A stretch of 64,000 nt of DNA from Bradyrhizobium ivorense. GTDB taxonomy: Bacteria; Pseudomonadota; Alphaproteobacteria; Rhizobiales; Xanthobacteraceae. The translations under genes and the position numbers were made by a program. The stretch is taken from contig CALRZV010000006.1 in assembly GCA_943372745.1 (NCBI GenBank), positions 19,985 to 83,984 on the forward strand, read 5' to 3'. Below the pieces are notes generated by a model, which had not been told where the DNA came from, ran no database searches, and worked only from the letters and a program-made list of their open reading frames with translations. This document shows positions 1-9,315 of this stretch, piece by piece. The first letter of the stretch is position 1. The number at the start of each line of letters is the position of its first letter.

Positions 1-1
1 C

Positions 2-211
2 GGCACCAGTGGCATCGAACTCGCCCAGGGGATTCGCGAACGATATCCGGATCTGCCCGTCGTGCTGACATCGGGCTACAGTCATGTCCTGGCGCAGCAC
101 GGTACGTTCGGCTTCGAGCTGTTGCAAAAGCCTTATTCGATCGAACAACTGTCGCGCGTGCTGGCCAGGTTTGGCTCCGGGCGAAGTGCCGCTCGCGAGC
201 CCCTTGCGTGA
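2..211 (+). CDS. C-terminal receiver (REC) domain of a response regulator or hybrid kinase, 5' truncated by window edge
   Basis: Frame 2 reads GTSGIELAQGIRERYPDLPVVLTSGYS...ELLQKPYSIEQLSRVL*, with the REC beta4 Thr/Ser and the KP motif. Not in the ORF track. Confidence 0.85.
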   Translation, partial: GTSGIELAQGIRERYPDLPVVLTSGYSHVLAQHGTFGFELLQKPYSIEQLSRVLARFGSGRSAAREPLA

Positions 212-225
212 TCATGGAACCGTAG

Positions 226-250
226 GGAACCTTCTGATATCCTTGCCGTT
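226..250 (+). promoter_or_regulatory. EcfG/SigT-type (general stress response) promoter motif
   Basis: GGAAC (226-230), 16 nt, CGTT (247-250), ending 8 nt before ATG 259. Confidence 0.6.
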
Positions 251-258
251 ATCGCGCC

Positions 259-2268
259 ATGAAAAAATCCGTAGGCAAGCCAGAACAAGTTACCGTTGAA
301 CCTGCGGAAGCCAAGTCAGAAGCGGTCGCACCATCAGAATCAGGGTCCCGGGGCCCGATCGTTCCGCTCAAGAACGACGCCGGCAAGGAAATCGAGCCGC
401 CGCCGCCCGAAGTGGTGGAGCCGGATCCCGGCATGTCGCCGGAAGAGGTCGAGCAGGCGCGCAAGGATTACCTGCTGACGCGGTTCTGGATCAGCGCACG
501 CGGCTTCTGGGGACGCGCCGGCGACAAGCTCGCCTGGACATTCTGCATCGGACTGGTGCTGCTCATCGTCGCCAATGTCGCCTTCCAGTACGGCATCAAT
601 GTCTGGAATCGCGCGATCTTCGATGCCATCGAAAAACGCGACGCGGCCAGCGTCTTTCATCTGACAGGCGTGTTCTTTCCGTTGGCAATCGGCAGTGTGC
701 TGCTCGGCGTCAGCCAGGTATTCGCGCGCATGAGTATCCAGCGCCGCTGGCGTGCCTGGCTGACCCATTCCGTGATCTCGCGCTGGCTCACCAACGGACG
801 CTACTACCAACTCAATCTGGTCGGCGGCGATCACAAGAATCCGGAATATCGCATTGCCGAAGATCTTCGTATCGCCACCGATTCACCGGTCGATTTTGTG
901 TCCGGCGTCATCGCAGCGTTTCTGTCGGCAACCACATTCATCGTCGTTCTGTGGACGATCGGTGGCGCCCTGACCTTGACGATCGGCGGCACGGCGGTAA
1001 CGATTCCGGGGTTCCTGGTCATCGCGGCAGTGATCTATGCGGCGATCGCCTCAGGCTCGATCATGGTGATCGGTCGCCAGTTTGTGCAGATCTCGGAAGA
1101 GAAGAACCAGGCCGAGGCCGAGTATCGCTATGCGTTGACGCGGGTGCGCGAGAACGGCGAGAGCATCGCGCTGCTCGGCGGCGAGGATGAAGAGCGCGAC
1201 GGCATCGACAAGACCTTTGGCCATGTGCTCAGGCAATGGGCCCGGTTAGCCGGCCAGCACATGCGGACCACGCTGGTGTCGCAGGGCTCCAGCCTGATCG
1301 CGCCGGTGGTGCCGTTGCTGCTGTGTGCGCCAAAATTTCTCGATGGCAGCATGTCGCTTGGTCAGGTCATGCAGGCGGCTTCAGCGTTCACCATCGTGCA
1401 AAGTGCGTTCGGCTGGTTGGTCGATAATTATCCGCGTCTGGCGGATTGGAATGCCTGCGCCCGTCGCATCGCCTCATTGATGATGTCGCTCGACGGCCTT
1501 GAACGGGCCGAGCGCGGCGATGGCATCGGTCGCATCAAGCGTGGCGAGACATCCGACGACATGATGCTCAGCATGCAGGACCTGTCGGTGACGCTGGATG
1601 ACGGCACCGCCGTGGTTGGTGATACCGAGGTCAATATCGAGCCGGGTGAACGACTGCTGATCGCCGGCGAATCAGGCACCGGCAAGAGCACGCTGGTGCG
1701 CGCCATTGCGGGTCTTTGGCCGTGGGGTGGCGGCAGCGTCGATTTCCATCCCGATCGCCGCCTCTTCATGTTGCCGCAGAAACCCTATGTGCCCTCGGGC
1801 ACGCTGCGCCGCGCCGCCGCCTATCCGGCCGCCGAGGAAGAATGGAGCGTGGAGCAGATCGGGGAGGCGCTCGACAAGGTCGGCCTCGCGCATCTCAAGG
1901 ACAAGATCGAGGAAGAGGCGCCGTGGGATCAGACACTATCAGGCGGCGAGAAGCAGCGGCTTGCTTTCGCACGGCTGTTCCTGCACCGCCCCGACATCAT
2001 CGTGCTGGATGAAGCGACATCTGCGCTCGACGAGAAGAGCCAGGACCAGATGATGAAGCTGCTTACCGAGGAATTACCCTCTGCAACTGTGGTCAGCGTG
2101 GCGCATCGTGCCGAACTGGAAGCCTTTCACAGCCGCAAGATCGTGCTGGAGCGCCGCAAGGGCGGCGCCAAGCTGGTCAGCGATATCGATCTGATCCCGC
2201 GCAAGGGCAAGCGACGCCTGCTTGGCCGGTTCCTGCGTCACCGCAAGCCCGCTGAATCCCGCGCGTGA
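259..2268 (+). CDS. Fused ABC transporter permease/ATPase, YddA/ABCD-like
   Basis: Multiple TM segments, NPEYRIAED and EAEYR (EAA-like) motifs, Walker A GESGTGKS, signature LSGGEKQ, Walker B LDEATSALD, H-loop. Confidence 0.9.
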   Translation: MKKSVGKPEQVTVEPAEAKSEAVAPSESGSRGPIVPLKNDAGKEIEPPPPEVVEPDPGMSPEEVEQARKDYLLTRFWISARGFWGRAGDKLAWTFCIGLVLLIVANVAFQYGINVWNRAIFDAIEKRDAASVFHLTGVFFPLAIGSVLLGVSQVFARMSIQRRWRAWLTHSVISRWLTNGRYYQLNLVGGDHKNPEYRIAEDLRIATDSPVDFVSGVIAAFLSATTFIVVLWTIGGALTLTIGGTAVTIPGFLVIAAVIYAAIASGSIMVIGRQFVQISEEKNQAEAEYRYALTRVRENGESIALLGGEDEERDGIDKTFGHVLRQWARLAGQHMRTTLVSQGSSLIAPVVPLLLCAPKFLDGSMSLGQVMQAASAFTIVQSAFGWLVDNYPRLADWNACARRIASLMMSLDGLERAERGDGIGRIKRGETSDDMMLSMQDLSVTLDDGTAVVGDTEVNIEPGERLLIAGESGTGKSTLVRAIAGLWPWGGGSVDFHPDRRLFMLPQKPYVPSGTLRRAAAYPAAEEEWSVEQIGEALDKVGLAHLKDKIEEEAPWDQTLSGGEKQRLAFARLFLHRPDIIVLDEATSALDEKSQDQMMKLLTEELPSATVVSVAHRAELEAFHSRKIVLERRKGGAKLVSDIDLIPRKGKRRLLGRFLRHRKPAESRA

Positions 2269-2283
2269 TGTGCGAGCGGGAGC

Positions 2284-2670
2284 CTAGACGAAGTTGATCT
2301 GCAGCATCGGCATCGCGAAGATGGCGATGTTGGTGAAAAGCCCGCCGGCATAGGCGATCGAGCGGGCCGTCGATTTATCGGCGATATAGAGCAATGCGTG
2401 CGCGATGCGGAAGGCGAGATAGACCGCCGCGAGCACACCGATCGTGCTCGCCGAGGCACCGAACGACAACGCCCCCAGCACCGCTGCCGCGTAGAACGGA
2501 AACGTCTCATAGGCATTTTGATGCGCTGCATAAGCGCGACGCTTTGCGCCAGTGAGGTTTTCAGCGCTGTCGCGCGGTGCGTGGTTATCACGCGACCCGG
2601 ACTTGGCGTAGCCAACGATGACCAGCGGCAGCAGTGCAGCGATCAGAATGCTCCAATAGGCGAACGGCAT
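2284..2670 (-). CDS. MAPEG family membrane protein
   Basis: 128 aa with RAYAAHQNAYETFPFY and FRIAHALLY motifs and hydrophobic helices. Confidence 0.85.
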   Translation of the reverse strand: MPFAYWSILIAALLPLVIVGYAKSGSRDNHAPRDSAENLTGAKRRAYAAHQNAYETFPFYAAAVLGALSFGASASTIGVLAAVYLAFRIAHALLYIADKSTARSIAYAGGLFTNIAIFAMPMLQINFV

Positions 2671-2756
2671 CGATACGACCTCAGCGCGAGTTGCGACGGC
2701 ACCTTGATGGGTGGTTCGCGATCCGCTGTCAAATCAAAGCCGTTCCTGCTTGGCCC

Positions 2757-2781
2757 GGAACATCGGGCGCTCGGGCTCGTT
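2757..2781 (+). promoter_or_regulatory. EcfG/SigT-type promoter motif
   Basis: GGAAC (2757-2761), 16 nt, CGTT (2778-2781), followed by SD AGGAG (2791) and ATG 2803. Confidence 0.7.
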
Positions 2782-2802
2782 ACCCGGGAAAGGAGAACTG
2801 AC

Positions 2803-3288
2803 ATGGCCAATGACGAGACCCGCGATACCGATCGTGCCTGGGAGCTGATGGAGAAAATCGGCTTCACGATGCTGGTGACCCAAGATGGCGACAAGCTGCG
2901 TTCGCGCCCGATGGCGGCCTATGTCGATCGAGCCGAACACGCCGTTTATTTCCTGAGCGATGCGCGTCGTCACAAGGATGAGGAAATCCAGCAGAACCCG
3001 AACGTCAATCTCGCATTCGCGGATGCAAGCGATCAGAAGTATGTGTCTGTGAGCGGCACAGCGACGGTCTCGAACGATCGCGAGAAGATCAAGCAACTGT
3101 TCACCACCACCGCCAAGGCATGGTGGGACAGTGCAGAAGATCCGAACATCCGTGTTTTGAAGTTTGCTCCGGAAGAAGCAGAATTCTGGGACTCGCCGGG
3201 CACTGTTATCAGCTATGTAAAGATGGCTACAGCAGCTGTTACGGGTTCGCGCCCCGACATCGGCACCAATCGCAAGGTCGCGATCTGA
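2803..3288 (+). CDS. General stress protein 26-like / pyridoxamine 5'-phosphate oxidase-like FMN-binding protein
   Basis: Start reset to MANDETRD after AGGAG. LRSRPM, YVSVSG, AKAWW and AEFWD motifs. Confidence 0.85.
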   Translation: MANDETRDTDRAWELMEKIGFTMLVTQDGDKLRSRPMAAYVDRAEHAVYFLSDARRHKDEEIQQNPNVNLAFADASDQKYVSVSGTATVSNDREKIKQLFTTTAKAWWDSAEDPNIRVLKFAPEEAEFWDSPGTVISYVKMATAAVTGSRPDIGTNRKVAI

Positions 3289-3530
3289 TGACCGCGATCA
3301 ACGCAGACCCCGGTCACACGCCGGTCGAAGAGCCGCCCGTAACACCTGGCAAGCCGACGGAGCCTCCACAGGAAAGCCCGCCGGGCAATCCACGACCGGA
3401 GGTGCCTCCGCCGATCCGAGATCCGGAAGAGCCGTCACCACCGGAAGAACTGCCGGGCGATTTGCCGGCGGATATTCCGGTGCCTAATCCTGAAGAAGTG
3501 CCGGGGCAGCAACCACCGATGACAATGTAG
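3288..3530 (+). CDS. Small Pro/Glu-rich, probably disordered protein (80 aa)
   Basis: ATG overlaps the upstream TGA (TGATG). Sequence MTAINADPGHTPVEEPPVTPGKPTEPPQESPPGNPRPEVPPP... Confidence 0.65.
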   Translation: MTAINADPGHTPVEEPPVTPGKPTEPPQESPPGNPRPEVPPPIRDPEEPSPPEELPGDLPADIPVPNPEEVPGQQPPMTM

Positions 3531-3726
3531 TTCGCCGTTACTCAACAAGGGTCTGAACGTGCCATGAACAATGCACGCTCAGGCCTTTGTCGTTCTCGAA
3601 ATAAACGAGAAGCACTTGGCGAGGGCGCCACATTCCGGCCCCAAGCTTATTCCTTGATCAGGTTTGCTGATCTGATCAGCCAACGAATTTCTGTTGAACT
3701 ATCTTTAGCGAGGGCTTCAGCTCATT

Positions 3727-5721
3727 ATGACAAAACTTCGACTCGTCTTGCTGGCGACGACCGCGTTCGGTGTTACGCAGATCGCCGTTGCTGCATCCCA
3801 CGCATCCGATAGCACAGCGCCGATGCTGCTGGCACAGGCCGCGCCGGCACCTGAGGGAGAGCCTAAAGGCGCACCGAAGGGGCCGCCGCCTGCTGCGCGT
3901 CCTGCGCCGCCCGCCGGCGCTCCCGCTGCTGCTCCGCCACCGCGCGAAGCGCCGCCCGCTGCACGTCCAACGCCTCCCGCGCCACCCGCCGCTGCACCCG
4001 CTCCGCGTGCTGAGCCACCCGCTGCGCCGCGCCCGACGCCGCCTGCCGCTGCACCTGCACGCCCCGCTCCCGAAGCGGCTCCGCCGGCACGTCCGACCCC
4101 GCCAGCACCGCCCGCTGCCGCACCGGCGCCACGGGCTGAGCCTCCGTCTGCACCAACCCCACCGGCCGCCACAGCACCGCGTCGCGAAGCGCCTGCCGGC
4201 GCCGAGCGTCGGGAGGGTCCGGGCGGCGAGCGCCGTGAACCTGGTGAACGCCGTGAACCCGGCGAGCGTCGCGAACCCGGCGCCCGCCCGGCTCCGCCCT
4301 CGACGGCTACCCCACCGGCTGCAACACCGCCGGCAGCTACAGCCCCAAGCGCGACCCCACCCGCTGCGCGTCAGGCGCCAGCGGCGACCACGCCACCGGC
4401 ACCCGCAACGCCGCCGGCCGCTGCTGCACCGCCGGCTGCGGCGCCTGCGCCATCTGCAACGCCGCCCGCCGGCACTCCGCCTGGCCGCCTTGAAGGCCGT
4501 GATGGTCGCCGTGGTCAGCCAGGCGCACCGGTCGCGCCAGGCACCCCCGGTGCCCCGCCGGCCGCTGCTGCGCCCAATGCGGCGCCAGCAACGGCACCAG
4601 CCGCTGCAGCCCCTGCAGCGACACCGAGCGCTGCCCCGGTGGTGGTCGCTCCCGGTGGCGGCAACATCAAAGTCGTGCAGCCGCCTGCGCCGACGGTGAC
4701 AACGCCGATTCCGCCGGCGCCGGCACCGGCTGTTGCTTTGACGCCGATTGCTCCGGGTGCTGCTCCAACCGGCCCGCGTCGGATGGACGACTTCCGCAGT
4801 GAACGTCGCGAACGTCAGGAAGGCGGACGCACGATCATCACCGAGCCCGGTCGTATCATCGTGCAGGATCCAAGCGGCCAGTCTTTCATCCGTCACAACG
4901 AGGTCGATCGCTTCCGCTACGGCGCCCGGGACATCCGTACCCAGCGCGTCGGCAACGAGGATCGCACCATCGTCGTGCGGCCGGACGGCTCGCAGATCAT
5001 CACCGTGGTCGGCCAAGATGGTCAGCTGATGCGTCGTATCCGCAGGGATCGCGACGGTCGCGAGATCATCATCATCGACAATTCGTTCGATGGGCCGCGC
5101 GGCGGTCCGCGTGGTCCACGCGGCTTCTATGTCGATCTGCCGCCGCCGGTGATCCGCATCCCGCAGAACCGCTACATCGTCGATTACGATCAGGCCTCGC
5201 CTGATCTCATCTACGACACCCTGATCGCACCTCCCGTGGAACGCATCGAGCGTCGCTACACGCTGGACGAAATCCGCTACAGCCCGACGGTCCGCCAACG
5301 CATGCCGTCGATCGATCTCGACTCCATCAACTTCGAAACCGGCTCGTGGGAGATTGCTCCCGATCAGGCCTCGAAGCTGCAGGTGATCGCCGATGGTTTG
5401 AATCGTGCGATCTCGCGCAATCCGCGCGCAGTGTTCCTGATCGAGGGGCATACTGACGCGGTCGGCGCGGACGTCGATAACCTGTCGCTGTCGGATCGGC
5501 GCGCCGAATCCGCTGCAGAATTGCTAACGCAGCAATTTCAGGTGCCGGCGGAGAATCTGACGTCGCAGGGGTATGGCGAGCAGTATCTCAAGATCCAGAC
5601 CGACGGGGCAGAACGTCAGAACCGTCGCGTCACCATCCGCAACATCACGCCGTTGCTGAATGGTGGCCAGGCCGCCTTGCCGCCGCCACCGGCGGGCACC
5701 GCACCTCCGCCGCGTCGCTGA
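3727..5721 (+). CDS. Secreted OmpA-C-like (peptidoglycan-binding) protein with long Pro/Ala-rich N-terminal region
   Basis: Signal peptide MTKLRLVLLATTAFG. C-terminal INFETGS, IEGHTDAVG, LSDRRA, GYGE, NRRV motifs. Confidence 0.9.
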   Translation: MTKLRLVLLATTAFGVTQIAVAASHASDSTAPMLLAQAAPAPEGEPKGAPKGPPPAARPAPPAGAPAAAPPPREAPPAARPTPPAPPAAAPAPRAEPPAAPRPTPPAAAPARPAPEAAPPARPTPPAPPAAAPAPRAEPPSAPTPPAATAPRREAPAGAERREGPGGERREPGERREPGERREPGARPAPPSTATPPAATPPAATAPSATPPAARQAPAATTPPAPATPPAAAAPPAAAPAPSATPPAGTPPGRLEGRDGRRGQPGAPVAPGTPGAPPAAAAPNAAPATAPAAAAPAATPSAAPVVVAPGGGNIKVVQPPAPTVTTPIPPAPAPAVALTPIAPGAAPTGPRRMDDFRSERRERQEGGRTIITEPGRIIVQDPSGQSFIRHNEVDRFRYGARDIRTQRVGNEDRTIVVRPDGSQIITVVGQDGQLMRRIRRDRDGREIIIIDNSFDGPRGGPRGPRGFYVDLPPPVIRIPQNRYIVDYDQASPDLIYDTLIAPPVERIERRYTLDEIRYSPTVRQRMPSIDLDSINFETGSWEIAPDQASKLQVIADGLNRAISRNPRAVFLIEGHTDAVGADVDNLSLSDRRAESAAELLTQQFQVPAENLTSQGYGEQYLKIQTDGAERQNRRVTIRNITPLLNGGQAALPPPPAGTAPPPRR

Positions 5722-5741
5722 ACGAAGTATTAGAAAAGTGC

Positions 5742-5769
5742 CAATGGCCGGGAGCGATCCCGGCCATTG
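5742..5769 (+). terminator. Intrinsic terminator-like hairpin after the OmpA-family gene
   Basis: Perfect 12-bp stem CAATGGCCGGGA/TCCCGGCCATTG, loop GCGA, then CTGTTT. Confidence 0.6.
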
Positions 5770-5908
5770 CTGTTTGAGCATCGTTCGCGGTCTTGCTTGA
5801 CGGGGTGACGTCAGACGGTTGCGTCACATTGCCCGCACATGAAACTGGCGCAGCAGCCAAACGTAATTGAAAAGGCCGCGTGACGGCCAGCAATCCGAGG
5901 AGACCCCC

Positions 5909-6658
5909 ATGTCATCGTTGTCCCGACGCCATCTGATGTTCGCTGCGACTGGAATGACTGCGGCCATCGCTGCGCCGCGTCTCGCTTTCGCACAGGCGGC
6001 CGCACCGGCCGCCACGCCGACCGCCGGCAACGGCGCCTTCGTGCTGCCGCCGCTGACCTATCCGGTTAATGCGCTGGAGCCGCATATCGATGCGAAGACG
6101 ATGGAACTCCATCACGGCAAGCATCATTCTGCCTTCGTGGGCAATCTCAACACCTTCGCCAAGGACACGCCGATGCTCGGCGAAAAGCCGTTGGTCGAAG
6201 TGCTCGGCAATCTGTCCAGCGTGCCGGACAATATCCGCACCGGCGTCCGCAACAATCTCGGCGGCCACGCCAATCACACCATGTTCTGGCAGATCATGGG
6301 ACCGAATGGCGGCAAGCCGGAAGGCGAGGTGCTGGCTGCCATCGATCGCGACCTCGGCGGCATGGAGAAATTCCAGACCGACTTCAATGCCGCCGGCGGC
6401 CGTCAATTCGGCTCCGGCTGGGTGTTCGTGATCGTCGACAAAGCCGGCAAGCTGTCGATCGAGACGCGTCCAAACCAGGACAATCCGATCATGGACGGCA
6501 AGCGCGCCTTGATGGGCAATGATGTTTGGGAGCACGCCTACTATCTCACCTATCAGAACCGCCGCGCGGATTATCTGAAGGCGTGGTGGAATACGGTGAA
6601 CTGGACCAAGATTGCCGAGCGCTATGCAGCGGCGAAGGCAGGTACGCTGGCGGTGTAA
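5909..6658 (+). CDS. sodA: Mn-type (Fe/Mn family) superoxide dismutase with Tat signal peptide
   Basis: SD GAGGAG. SRRHLMF twin-arginine motif and AFA cleavage site. HHGKHH, GGHANH, PNQD, DVWEHAYY. Confidence 0.88.
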   Translation: MSSLSRRHLMFAATGMTAAIAAPRLAFAQAAAPAATPTAGNGAFVLPPLTYPVNALEPHIDAKTMELHHGKHHSAFVGNLNTFAKDTPMLGEKPLVEVLGNLSSVPDNIRTGVRNNLGGHANHTMFWQIMGPNGGKPEGEVLAAIDRDLGGMEKFQTDFNAAGGRQFGSGWVFVIVDKAGKLSIETRPNQDNPIMDGKRALMGNDVWEHAYYLTYQNRRADYLKAWWNTVNWTKIAERYAAAKAGTLAV

Positions 6659-6682
6659 CCAACAGCCTACGCAGTGCCTCAT

Positions 6683-6806
6683 CACCTCTCCCCGCCGCCC
6701 AGCGGCGGGTGAGGGGAGGTGAGCTCCGAACGAGAGGTCCCTAACCCCTCACCCAGCTGTCCTCCGCTTCGCTACAGCCATCCCACCTCTCCCTCCGGGA
6801 GAGGTG
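6683..6806. repeat. Family A palindromic intergenic element (CCTCTCCC...GGGAGAGG hairpins)
   Basis: Terminal hairpins at 6683-6721 and 6784-6806 with internal GGTGAGGGG/CCCCTCACC. Lies between convergent sod and ispZ. Confidence 0.75.
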
Positions 6807-6825
6807 TCAGGGCGTCGCTGCGAAA

Positions 6826-7440
6826 TTACTTCGTCACATCACCTTCGTCAGCAGCGCTCTCCGCAAGCGATGCTGGGGCGACGCTATATCGTTTCACCAG
6901 CGGCATCTGTGCCACGGCGAAGGCCATGGTCAGCGGGATCACGCCGAAGGCTTTGAACGTCACCCAGAAGTCCGTGCTCTGGGTGCGCCAGATGACTTCG
7001 TTGAGCACCGCCATGGCGGCGAAAAACACGGTCCAGCGCAGCGTCAGCGCGCGCCAGCCCTCGGGCGTCAAGTTGAACACCTGATCGAACATGATGGCGA
7101 TGAAGGAGCGGCCGAACAGAAGGCCGCCGCCGAGCACCACGGCGAACAGGCTGTAGATGATGGTCGGCTTGACCTTGATGAAGGTCTCGTCATGCAGCCA
7201 CAGCGTCAGCCCGCCGAACACCAGCACCACGAAAGCCGTGACGATCGCCATGATCGGCACATGCTTCACCACCACATAGGAGGCGATCATCGCCGCCACG
7301 ATGGCCACCATGAAGGCGCCGGTGGCTGCGAACAGGCCGAATTTCGCATTGGCCACGAAGAACACGATCAGCGGCCCGAGCTCGGTGGCAAGCTTGAACA
7401 GCGGATGCGGTTGCTTCTTGTCGATGATGTCGCTGCTCAT
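6826..7440 (-). CDS. ispZ: Intracellular septation protein A (YciB/IspZ)
   Basis: [38 protein letters not shown] motifs. Immediately downstream of ftsY. Confidence 0.92.
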   Translation of the reverse strand: MSSDIIDKKQPHPLFKLATELGPLIVFFVANAKFGLFAATGAFMVAIVAAMIASYVVVKHVPIMAIVTAFVVLVFGGLTLWLHDETFIKVKPTIIYSLFAVVLGGGLLFGRSFIAIMFDQVFNLTPEGWRALTLRWTVFFAAMAVLNEVIWRTQSTDFWVTFKAFGVIPLTMAFAVAQMPLVKRYSVAPASLAESAADEGDVTK

Positions 7441-7451
7441 GATTTGTCTCT

Positions 7452-8396
7452 TCAGCTCTCGATGCCTGCAACAGCCTTGGCGAAATCGCTGGCCGTGAAC
7501 GGCGCGAGATCGTCGATGCTTTCGCCGACGCCGATGAAATGCACCGGCAGTTTATATTTCTCCGACAGTGCCACAAGGATGCCGCCGCGCGCAGTGCCGT
7601 CGAGCTTGGTCATCACCAGGCCGGTGACGCCAGCGGTACGATGAAATGCCTCGACCTGCGACAGTGCGTTTTGTCCCACCGTGGCGTCCAGCACCAGCAG
7701 CACCGCATGCGGCGCCGTGGCATCGACCTTCTTGATGACGCGCACGACCTTTTCGAGTTCGTTCATCAGCTCGGCTTTGTTCTGCAGCCGCCCGGCGGTG
7801 TCGATCAACAGCACGTCACGATTGTCGTCACGCGCCGCGGTGACGGCGGTGAAAGCTAGGCTCGCCGAATCCGAGCCTTGGGCGCCAGCGATCACCGGCA
7901 CCTTGTTGCGATCGCCCCAGACCTTGAGCTGCTCGATGGCGGCCGCACGAAACGTATCGCCGGCGGCCAGCATCACCTTGCGGCCCTCCGCGGTGAGCGT
8001 GGATGTCAGCTTGCCGATCGTGGTGGTCTTGCCGGAGCCGTTGACGCCGACCACGAGGATCACGAAGGGCTTCTTGGTGCCGTCGATCACCAGCGGCTGC
8101 GCCACCGGCGTCAGCACCTTCTCGACTTCCGCGGCCACCACGGCCTTCACCTCATCGGCAGAGATCGCCTTGTCGAAACGGCCTTGGCCGACCGCCTTGG
8201 CGATCCGCGCCGCCACGTCGCTGCCGAGGTCGGCGCGCAGCAGCACGTCCTCGATATCCTCGAGCATCGCGCGGTCGAGCTTGCGCTTGGTCACAAGGTC
8301 GGCGACCGCCGAGCCGATCGAGCTCGAGGTGCGTTTCAACCCGTCGGAGAGCCGTCGCCACCAGCTCTGTTTTGGCGTTTCGGGAGTGTCGTTCAT
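7452..8396 (-). CDS. ftsY: Signal recognition particle receptor FtsY
   Basis: [34 protein letters not shown]. Confidence 0.97.
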   Translation of the reverse strand: MNDTPETPKQSWWRRLSDGLKRTSSSIGSAVADLVTKRKLDRAMLEDIEDVLLRADLGSDVAARIAKAVGQGRFDKAISADEVKAVVAAEVEKVLTPVAQPLVIDGTKKPFVILVVGVNGSGKTTTIGKLTSTLTAEGRKVMLAAGDTFRAAAIEQLKVWGDRNKVPVIAGAQGSDSASLAFTAVTAARDDNRDVLLIDTAGRLQNKAELMNELEKVVRVIKKVDATAPHAVLLVLDATVGQNALSQVEAFHRTAGVTGLVMTKLDGTARGGILVALSEKYKLPVHFIGVGESIDDLAPFTASDFAKAVAGIES

Positions 8397-8424
8397 GTCG
8401 GGGGTGTGTTAGCCGTTTCGCGCC

Positions 8425-9186
8425 ATGAATCAAAGTAACGCCGCCGCAAGCGACACCGATATCGAGCCGATGGCCGCAGTCGAGCCGGCGCTGGTCGGCG
8501 ATTTGACCGAAGCGCAGATTCTGTCGCGGGTGCTGCACCGGGACGGGTTGATGCTGGTGATCGACAAGCCGGCCGGCCTGCCCGTGCATCGTGGCCCGAA
8601 AGGTGGGCCGAATCTGGAGAATTCCTTCAAATTCCTGCAATACGGTCTGCCCCGCGCTCCTGTGCTGGCGCATCGGCTGGATCGCGATACGTCGGGCTGT
8701 CTGGTGCTGGGCCGGCATCGCAAGGCGACCGCCTCGCTGGGCCTGCTGTTCAAGCACGGTCGCATTGCCAAGACCTATTGGGCGGTGGTGGAAGGCGGGC
8801 CGGAGGCCGAGCAGGGCATCATCGACATGCCGCTCGGCCGTCTCAATGCCGAGCGCGGCTGGTGGATGAAGCCGGACCCGGCAGGGCTACCCTCGGTCTC
8901 GAATTTCAAGGTGCTTGGCCGCGGCGGCGGCATGGCCTGGCTGGCGCTGGAGCCGGTCACCGGACGCACGCATCAATTGCGCGTCCACACTTCGGCGTTT
9001 GGCTTTCCGATCGTCGGCGACAACATCTATGGCAACGGCCCGCGCTTCGGCGAACCGACGCTACACCTGCATGCCCGCGAGATCGTGATTCCAATCTCGC
9101 GCAACAAGGACCCTGTGCGCATCGTTGCGCCGGTGCCCGCGCATCTGCACGAGCGGATGCGGGCGTGTGGGTGGAATGGGGAGTAA
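8425..9186 (+). CDS. RluA family pseudouridine synthase
   Basis: IDKPAG, HRLDRDTSG (catalytic Asp), GRTHQLRVH, IVGDNIYG, LHLHA. Confidence 0.93.
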   Translation: MNQSNAAASDTDIEPMAAVEPALVGDLTEAQILSRVLHRDGLMLVIDKPAGLPVHRGPKGGPNLENSFKFLQYGLPRAPVLAHRLDRDTSGCLVLGRHRKATASLGLLFKHGRIAKTYWAVVEGGPEAEQGIIDMPLGRLNAERGWWMKPDPAGLPSVSNFKVLGRGGGMAWLALEPVTGRTHQLRVHTSAFGFPIVGDNIYGNGPRFGEPTLHLHAREIVIPISRNKDPVRIVAPVPAHLHERMRACGWNGE

Positions 9187-9193
9187 CACTTCC

Positions 9194-9294
9194 TGTCGTC
9201 ACCCGGTTTGACCGGGTGACCCAGTACACTCAGCCTCTGGTGCTTGATCTGAGGCGCCAGTGGTTACTGGATCCCCGCTTTCGCGGGGATGACA
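9194..9294. repeat. Family B palindromic element (TGTC...CCAGTA-spacer-TACTGG...GACA), 101 bp
   Basis: Two GC-rich hairpin arms in inverted orientation. Homologous copies at 38880 and 59739. Confidence 0.85.
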
Positions 9295-9315
9295 AGTAGA
9301 TCTAGCTGATGCCGC

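Noticed and set aside
2398-2802. N-terminal extensions in the ORF track (here, and for fabA, pstS, pstB, rimI, phoR and others)
   Set aside because: They overlap neighbouring genes or promoters. Downstream starts with SD sites or stop-start overlaps fit the conserved domains better.
3676-5451. 591-aa Arg/Gly/Cys-rich minus-strand ORF and other frames over the Pro-rich gene
   Set aside because: Off-frame readings of low-complexity GC-rich codons of the OmpA-family gene.
5805-5827. GTGACG-N11-CGTCAC dyad upstream of sod
   Set aside because: Single GC-rich occurrence matching no consensus I can name.
6719-7084. ORFs starting inside palindromic repeats (also 27331-27988, 37221-37670, 41182-41614, 56375-56917)
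   Set aside because: Translations of repeat DNA overlapping real genes, with no coding evidence.
9194-9294. Repeat-spacer-repeat unit with a CRISPR-like spacer length
   Set aside because: Arms are inverted, units are isolated rather than tandem, spacers share a core, and there are no cas genes.
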